From assembly GCA_964057225.1 (NCBI GenBank), contig OZ059894.1, positions 1,488,001 through 1,552,000 of the forward strand: a stretch of 64,000 bases of DNA, given 5' to 3'. This document shows, one piece after another, positions 56,301-64,000 of the stretch. A program made the position numbers and the translations under genes. Under the pieces are notes generated by a model that was given only the letters and a program-made list of their open reading frames with translations, ran no database searches and had not been told where the DNA came from. This DNA comes from Auanema rhodensis (Eukaryota > Animalia > Nematoda). The stretch's first letter is position 1, and each line of letters begins with the position of its first letter.

Positions 56301-59300
56301 TTAGTGTATGTTGAGTTTCCATGTACACTCAACATAGCTTCCAAAAACATTTTGACAAAAATTTTTTCGAAAAATTTCAAAATAATTTAGCAAAAAGTAG
56401 ATGTTTTTAGATTCCTTTTTTCAAGGCAAAGACGATGGACAATGTTATTCAACAAAAAAATTAATTCTTCAGGGTGAAAATCGAGGATATAAGTGTGAAC
56501 TTATCTCAGTTGATATCTCGGTGCATTTTTAAGCTAGCGCAAATCTGATAACACAGATCGACGCAGCTTGAAAATACGCATCGAATGCACTATACTACTT
56601 TGAGAAACGCTTAATACAAAAATTAGTTATGATCGTTTGAAAAATGATGCATTAGTGTATGTTGAGTTTCCATGTACACTCAACATTGCTTCCAAAAACA
56701 TTTTGACAAAAATTTTTTCGAAAAATTTCAAATTAATTTAGCAGAAAGTATATGTTTTTAGATTCCTTTTTTCAAGGCAAAGACGATGGACAATGTTATT
56801 CAACGAAAAAATTAATTCTTCAGGGTGAAAATCGAGGATATAAGTGTGAACTTATATCAGTTGATATCTCGGTGCATTTTTAAGCTAGCGCAAATCTGAT
56901 AACACAGATCGACGCAGCTTGAAAATACGCATCGAATGCACTATACTACTTTGAGAAACGCTTAATACAAAAATTAGTTATGATCGTTTGAAAAATGATG
57001 CATTAGTGTATGTTGAGTTTCCATGTACACTCAACATAGCTTCCAAAAACATTTTGACAAAAATTTTTTCGAAAAATTTCAAAATAATTTAGCAAAAAGT
57101 AGATGTTTTTAGATTCCTTTTTTCAAGGCAAAGACGATGGACAATGTTATTCAACAAAAAAATTAATTCTTCAGGGTGAAAATCGAGGATATAAGTGTGA
57201 ACTTATCTCAGTTGATATCTCGGTGCATTTTTAAGCTAGCGCAAATCTGATAACACAGATCGACGCAGCTTGAAAATCCGCATCGAATGCACTATACTAC
57301 ATTGAGGAACGCTTAATACAAAAATTAGTTATGATCGTTTGAAAAATGATGCATTAGTGTATGTTGAGTTTCCATGTACACTCAACATAGCTTCCAAAAA
57401 CATTTTGACAAAAATTTTTTCGAAAAATTTCAAAATAATTTAGCAAAAAGTAGATGTTTTTAGATTCCTTTTTTCAAGGCAAAGACGATGGACAATGTTA
57501 TTCAACAAAAAAATTAATTCTTCAGGGTGAAAATCGAGGATATAAGTGTGAACTTATCTCAGTTGATATCTCGGTGCATTTTTAAGCTAGCGCAAATCTG
57601 ATAACACAGATCGACGCAGCTTGAAAATACGCATCGAATGCACTATACTACTTTGAGAAACGCTTAATACAAAAATTAGTTATGATCGTTTGAAAAATGA
57701 TGCATTAGTGTATGTTGAGTTTCCATGTACACTCAACATTGCTTCCAAAAACATTTTGACAAAAATTTTTTCGAAAAATTTCAAATTAATTTAGCAGAAA
57801 GTATATGTTTTTAGATTCCTTTTTTCAAGGCAAAGACGATGGACAATGTTATTCAACGAAAAAATTAATTCTTCAGGGTGAAAATCGAGGATATAAGTGT
57901 GAATTTATATCAGTTGATATCTCGGTGCATTTTTAAGCTAGCGCAAATCTGATAACACAGATCGACGCAGCTTAAAAATCCGCATCGAATGCACTATACT
58001 ACATTGAGGAACGCTTAATACAAAAATTAGTTATGATCGTTTGAAAAATGATGCATTAGTGTATGTTGAGTTTCCATGTACACTCAACATAGCTTCCAAA
58101 AACATTTTGACAAAAATTTTTTCGAAAAATTTCAGAATAATTTAGCAAAAAGTAGATGTTTTTAGATTTCTTTTCTCAAGGCAAAGACGATGGACAATGT
58201 TATTCAACGAAAAAATTAATTCTTCAGGGTGAAAATCGAGGATATAAGTGTGAACTTATATCAGTTGATATCTCGGTGCATTTTTAAGCTAGCGCAAATC
58301 TGATAACACAGATCGACGCAGCTTGAAAATCCGCATCGAATGCACTATACTACATTGAGAAACGCTTAATACAAAAATTAGTTATGATCGTTTGAAAAAT
58401 GATGCATTAGTGTATGTTGAGTTTCCATGTACACTCAACATAGCTTCCAAAAACATTTTGACAAAAATTTTTTCGAAAAATTTCAAAATAATTTAGCAGA
58501 AAGTAGATGTTTTTAGATTCCTTTTTTTAAGGCAAAGACGATGGACAATGTTATTCAACGAAAAAATTAATTCTTCAGGGTGAAAATCGAGGATATAAGT
58601 GTGAACTTATATCAGTTGATATCTCGTTGCATTTTTAAGCTAGCGCAAATCTGATAACACAGATCGACGCAGCTTGAAAATACGCATCGAATGCACTATA
58701 CTACTTTGATAAACGCTTAATACAAAAATTAGTTATGATCGTTTGAATAATGATGCATTAGTGTATGTTGAGTTTCCATGTACACTCAACATAGCTTCCA
58801 AAAACATTTTGACAAAAATTTTTTCGAACAATTTCAAAATAATTTAGCAAAAAGTAGATGTTTTTAGATTCCTTTTTTCAAGGCAAAGACGATGGACAAT
58901 GTTATTCAACAAAAAAATTAATTCTTCAGGGTGAAAATCGAGGATATAAGTGTGAACTTATCTCAGTTGATATCTCGGTGCATTTTTAAGCTAGCGCAAA
59001 TCTGATAACACAGATCGACGCAGCTTGAAAATACGCATCGAATGCACTATACTACTTTGAGAAACGCTTAATACAAAAATTAGTTATGATCGTTTGAAAA
59101 ATGATGCATTAGTGTATGTTGAGTTTCCATGTACACTCAACATTGCTTCCAAAAACATTTTGACAAAAATTTTTTCGAAAAATTTCAAATTAATTTAGCA
59201 GAAAGTATATGTTTTTAGATTCCTTTTTTCAAGGCAAAGACGATGGACAATGTTATTCAACGAAAAAATTAATTCTTCAGGGTGAAAATCGAGGATATAA

Positions 59301-60375
59301 GTGTGAATTTATATCAGTTGATATCTCGGTGCATTTTTAAGCTAGCGCAAATCTGATAACACAGATCGACGCAGCTTAAAAATCCGCATCGAATGCACTA
59401 TACTACATTGAGGAACGCTTAATACAAAAATTAGTTATGATCGTTTGAAAAATGATGCATTAGTGTATGTTGAGTTTCCATGTACACTCAACATAGCTTC
59501 CAAAAACATTTTGACAAAACTTTTTTCGAAAAATTTCAGAATAATTTAGCAAAAAGTAGATGTTTTTAGATTTCTTTTCTCAAGGCAAAGACGATGGACA
59601 ATGTTATTCAACGAAAAAATTAATTCTTCAGGGTGAAAATCGAGGATATAAGTGTGAACTTATATCAGTTGATATCTCGGTGCATTTTTAAGCTAGCGCA
59701 AATCTGATAACACAGATCGACGCAGCTTGAAAATCCGCATCGAATGCACTATACTACATTGAGAAACGCTTAATACAAAAATTAGTTATGATCGTTTGAA
59801 AAATGATGCATTAGTGTATGTTGAGTTTCCATGTACACTCAACATAGCTTCCAAAAACATTTTGACAAAAATTTTTTCGAAAAATTTCAAAATAATTTAG
59901 CAGAAAGTAGATGTTTTTAGATTCCTTTTTTTAAGGCAAAGACGATGGACAATGTTATTCAACGAAAAAATTAATTCTTCAGGGTGAAAATCGAGGATAT
60001 AAGTGTGAACTTATATCAGTTGATATCTCGTTGCATTTTTAAGCTAGCGCAAATCTGATAACACAGATCGACGCAGATTGAAAATACGCATCGAATGCAC
60101 TATACTACTTTGATAAACGCTTAATACAAAAATTAGTTATGATCGTTTGAATAATGATGCATTAGTGTATGTTGAGTTTCCATGTACACTCAACATAGCT
60201 TCCAAAAACATTTTGACAAAAATTTTTTCGAACAATTTCAAAATAATTTAGCAGAAAGTAGATGTTTTTAGATTCCTTTTTTTAAGGCAAAGACGATGGA
60301 CAATGTTATTCAACGAAAAAATTAATTCTTCAGGGTGAAAATCGAGGATATAAGTGTGAACTTATATCAGTTGAT
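53356..60375 (+). repeat. Nested higher-order repeats: 3-mer x2, 7-mer x2 (2457 bp), 4-mer x2 (1404 bp)
   Basis: M153-155 repeat as M156-158. M154-160 (53707-56163) repeat as M161-167 (56164-58620). M165-168 repeat as M169-172. G7T lies at 56170, 58627 and 60031, and the G56A/A217G/C251T/T257C monomer starts at 55462, 57919 and 59323. Confidence 0.88.
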
Positions 60376-63300
60376 ATCTCGGTGCATTTTTAAGCTAGCG
60401 CAAATCTGATAACACAGATCGACGCAGCTTGAAAATCCGCATCGAATGCACTATACTACTTTGAGAAACGCTTAATACAAAAATTAGTTATGATCGTTTG
60501 AAAAATGATGCATTAGTGTATGTTGAGTTTCCATGTACACTCAACATTGCTTCCAAAAACATTTTGACAAAAATTTTTTCGAAAAATTTCAAAATAATTT
60601 AGCAAAAAGTAGATGTTTTTAGATTCCTTTTTTCAAGGCGAAGACGATGGACATTGTTATTCAACGAAAAAATTAATTCTTCAGGGTGAAAATCGAGGAT
60701 ATAAGTGTGAACTTATATCAGTTGATATCTCGGTGCATTTTTAAGCTAGCGCAAATCTGATAACACAGATCGACGCAGCTTGAAAATCCGCATCGAATGC
60801 ACTATACTACATTGAGAAACGCTTAATACAAAAATTAGTTATGATCGTTTGAAAAATGATGCATTAGTGTATGTTGAGTTTCCATGTACACTCAACATAG
60901 CTTCCAAAAACATTTTGACAAAAATTTTTTCGAAAAATTTCAGAATAATTTAGCAAAAAGTAGATGTTTTTAGATTCCTTTTTTCAAGGCGAAGACGATG
61001 GACATTGTTATTCAACGAAAAAATTAATTCTTCAGGGTGAAAATCGAGGATATAAGTGTGAACTGATATCAGTTGATATCTCGGTGCATTTTTAAGCTAG
61101 CGCAAATCTGATAACACAGATCGACGCAGCTTGAAAATCCGCATCGAATGCACTATACTACATTGAGGAACGCTTAATACAAAAATTAGTTATGATCGTT
61201 TGAATAATGATGCATTAGTGTATGTTGAGTTTCCATGTACACTCAACATAGCTTCCAAAAACATTTTGACAAAAATTTTTTCGAAAAATTTCAAAATAAT
61301 TTAGCAGAAAGTAGATGTTTTTAGATTCCTTTTTTTAAGGCAAAGACGATGGACAATGTTATTCAACGAAAAAATTAATTCTTCAGGGTGAAAATCGAGG
61401 ATATAAGTGTGAACTTATATCAGTTGATATCTCGGTGCATTTTTAAGCTAGCGCAAATCTGATAACACAGATCGACGCAGCTTGAAAATCCGCATCGAAT
61501 GCACTATACTACATTGAGGAACGCTTAATACAAAAATTAGTTATGATCGTTTGAAAAATGATGCATTAGTTTATGTTGAGTTTCCATGTACACTCAACAT
61601 TGCTTCCAAAAACATTTTGACAAAAATTTTTTCGAAAAATTTCAAAATAATTTAGCAAAAAGTAGATGTTTTTAGATTCCTTTTTTCAAGGCGAAGACGA
61701 TGGACATTGTTATTCAACGAAAAAATTAATTCTTCAGGGTGAAAATCGAGGATATAAGTGTGAACTTATATCAGTTGATATCTCGGTGCATTTTTAAGCT
61801 AGCGCAAATCTGATAACACAGATCGACGCAGCTTGAAAATCCGCATCGAATGCACTATACTACATTGAGAAACGCTTAATACAAAAATTAGTTATGATCG
61901 TTTGAAAAATGATGCATTAGTGTATGTTGAGTTTCCATGTACACTCAACATAGCTTCCAAAAACATTTTGACAAAAATTTTTTCGAAAAATTTCAAAATA
62001 ATTTAGCAGAAAGTAGATGTTTTTAGATTCCTTTTTTTAAGGCAAAGACGATGGACAATGTTATTCAACGAAAAAATTAATTCTTCAGGGTGAAAATCGA
62101 GGATATAAGTGTGAACTTATATCAGTTGATATCTCGGTGCATTTTTAAGCTAGCGCAAATCTGATAACACAGATCGACGCAGCTTGAAAATCCGCATCGA
62201 ATGCACTATACTACATTGAGAAACGCTTAATACAAAAATTAGTTATGATCGTTTGAAAAATGATGCATTAGTGTATGTTGAGTTTCCATGTACACTCAAC
62301 ATTGCTTCCAAAAAAATTTTGACAAAAATTTTTTCGAAAAATTTCAAATCAATTTAGCAGAAAATATATGTTTTTAGATTTCTTTTTTCGAGGCAAAGAC
62401 GATGGACAATGTTATTCAACGAAAAAATTAATTCTTCAGGGTGAAAATCGAGGATATAAGTGTGAATTTATATCAGTTGATATCTCGGTGCATTTTTAAG
62501 CTAGCGCAAATCTGATAACACAGATCGACGCAGCTTGAAAATCCGCATTGAATGCACTATACTACATTGAGGAACGCTTAATACAAAAATTAGTTATGAT
62601 CGTTTGAAAAATGATGCATTAGTGTATGTTGAGTTTCCATGTACACTCAACATTGCTTCCAAAAACATTTTGACAAAAATTTTTTCAAAAAATTTCGATA
62701 TAATTTAGCAAAAAGTAGATGTTTTTAGATTCCTTTTTTCAAGGCGAAGACGATGGACAATGTTATTCAACGAAAAAATTAATTCTTCAGGGTGAAAATC
62801 GAGGATATAAGTGTGAACTTATATCAGTTGATATCTCGGTGCATTTTTAAACTAGCGCAAATCTGATAACACAGATCGACGCAGCTTAAAAATCCGCATC
62901 GAATGCACTATACTACATTGAGAAACGCTTAATACAAAAATTAGTTATGATCGTTTGAAAAATGATGCATTAGTGTATGTTGAGTTTCCATGTACACTCA
63001 ACATTGCTTCCAAAAACATTTTGACAAAAATTTTTTCAAAAAATTTCAAAATAATTTAGCAAAAAGTAGATGTTTTTAGATTCCTTTTTTCAAGGCAAAG
63101 ACGATCGACAATGTTTTTCAACGAAAAAATTAATTCTTCAGGGTGAAAATCGAGGATATAAGTGTGAACTTATATCAGTTGATATCTCGGTGCATTTTCA
63201 AGCTAGCGCAAATCTGATAACACAGATCGACGCAGCTTAAAAATCCGCATCGAATGCACTATACTACATTGAGAAACGCTTAATACAAAAATTAGTTATG

Positions 63301-64000
63301 ATCGTTTGAAAAATGATGCATTAGTGTATGTTGAGTTTCCATGTACACTCAACATTGCTTCCAAAAACATTTTGACAAAAATTTTTTCAAAAAATTTCAA
63401 AATAATTTAGCAAAAAGTAGATGTTTTTAGATTCCTTTTTTCAAGGCAAAGACGATGGACAATGTTATTCAACGAAAAAATTAATTCTTCAGGGTGAAAA
63501 TCGAGGATATAAGTGTGAACTTATATCAGTTGATATCTCGGTGCATTTTTAAGCTAGCGCAAATCTGATAACACAGATCGACGCAGCTTAAAAATCCGCA
63601 TCGAATGCACTATACTACATTGAGAAACGCTTAATACAAAAATTAGTTATGATCGTTTGAAAAATGATGCATTAGTGTATGTTGAGTTTCCATGTACACT
63701 CAACATTGCTTCCAAAAACATTTTGACAAAAATTTTTTCAAAAAATTTCAAAATAATTTAGCAAAAAGTAGATGTTTTTAGATTCCTTTTTTCAAGGCAA
63801 AGACGATCGACAATGTTTTTCAACGAAAAAATTAATTCTTCAGGGTGAAAATCGAGGATATAAGTGTGAACTTATATCAGTTGATATCTCGGTGCATTTT
63901 CAAGCTAGCGCAAATCTGATAACACAGATCGACGCAGCTTAAAAATCCGCATCGAATGCACTATACTACATTGAGAAACGCTTAATACAAAAATTAGTTA

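Larger units (their letters stand above)
1..64000. repeat. Tandem satellite DNA array, 351-bp monomer, ~182.3 head-to-tail copies, truncated by both window edges
   Basis: ATCTCGGTGC recurs at 1, 352, 703 ... 7021 (20x351+1), 10531, 13691, 16851, 44581, 51601, 63886. The phase shifts by +1 three times, from single-T insertions in the runs at 12484-12490, 15995-16001 and 42321-42327. No inversion or non-repeat sequence was seen. Confidence 0.99.

Noticed and set aside
63184-63250. T16C and G56A as compensatory changes in dyad 1
   Set aside because: Either change alone would fix the T.G mismatch, but in M181 and M183 they occur together and give a C.A mismatch, so this is not covariation support.
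1-64000. Array as a giant repetitive coding sequence (351 = 117 codons); one minus-strand frame has only TAA/TAG stops and would be open under genetic code 6
   Set aside because: All six frames contain stops in the standard code. About two TGA codons are expected per frame, so one of six frames lacking TGA is unsurprising. The common G150C variant creates an in-frame TGA, and three +1 insertions shift the frame.
1-64000. CRISPR array or other repeat-spacer system
   Set aside because: The sequence between the palindromes is as invariant as the palindromes themselves. There are no unique spacers, leader or cas genes.
1-64000. Sequencing or assembly artefact (concatemer of one molecule)
   Set aside because: Variants are linked, recurrent and arranged in domains and higher-order patterns, which random errors or a rolling-circle concatemer would not produce. 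Exact copy number still needs read support.

Overview
The whole 64-kb window is one uninterrupted head-to-tail satellite DNA array. It holds 182 complete copies plus a 115-bp partial copy of a 351-bp monomer, about 32% GC (112/351 G+C in the consensus, counted by hand). All copies have the same orientation. Most differ from the consensus at 0-5 positions, and up to about 10 near the right end. I found only three indels, all +1 T in the same T6 run. There is no unique sequence, gene, RNA gene, CRISPR spacer or transposon insertion, and the array runs off both window edges. The single 63-aa ORF is a chance product of one T>G change removing a TAG in monomer 48. I cannot support a new protein-coding or defence system here. 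The notable structure is (i) four dyad-symmetric elements per monomer in a roughly two-fold (~175 bp) layout, and (ii) a readable amplification history: local higher-order repeats (10-mer, 8-mer, 7-mer, 4-mer, 3-mer, dimers), variant domains that replace each other along the array, long-range sharing of rare variants, and rising divergence at the right end. The overall form fits a eukaryotic (peri)centromeric/heterochromatic satellite; organism and family are not identified. Notation: Mn = nth monomer, counted from ATCTCGGTGC at position 1. Variants such as G150C use monomer coordinates. All variant calls were read by eye and need confirmation by alignment.
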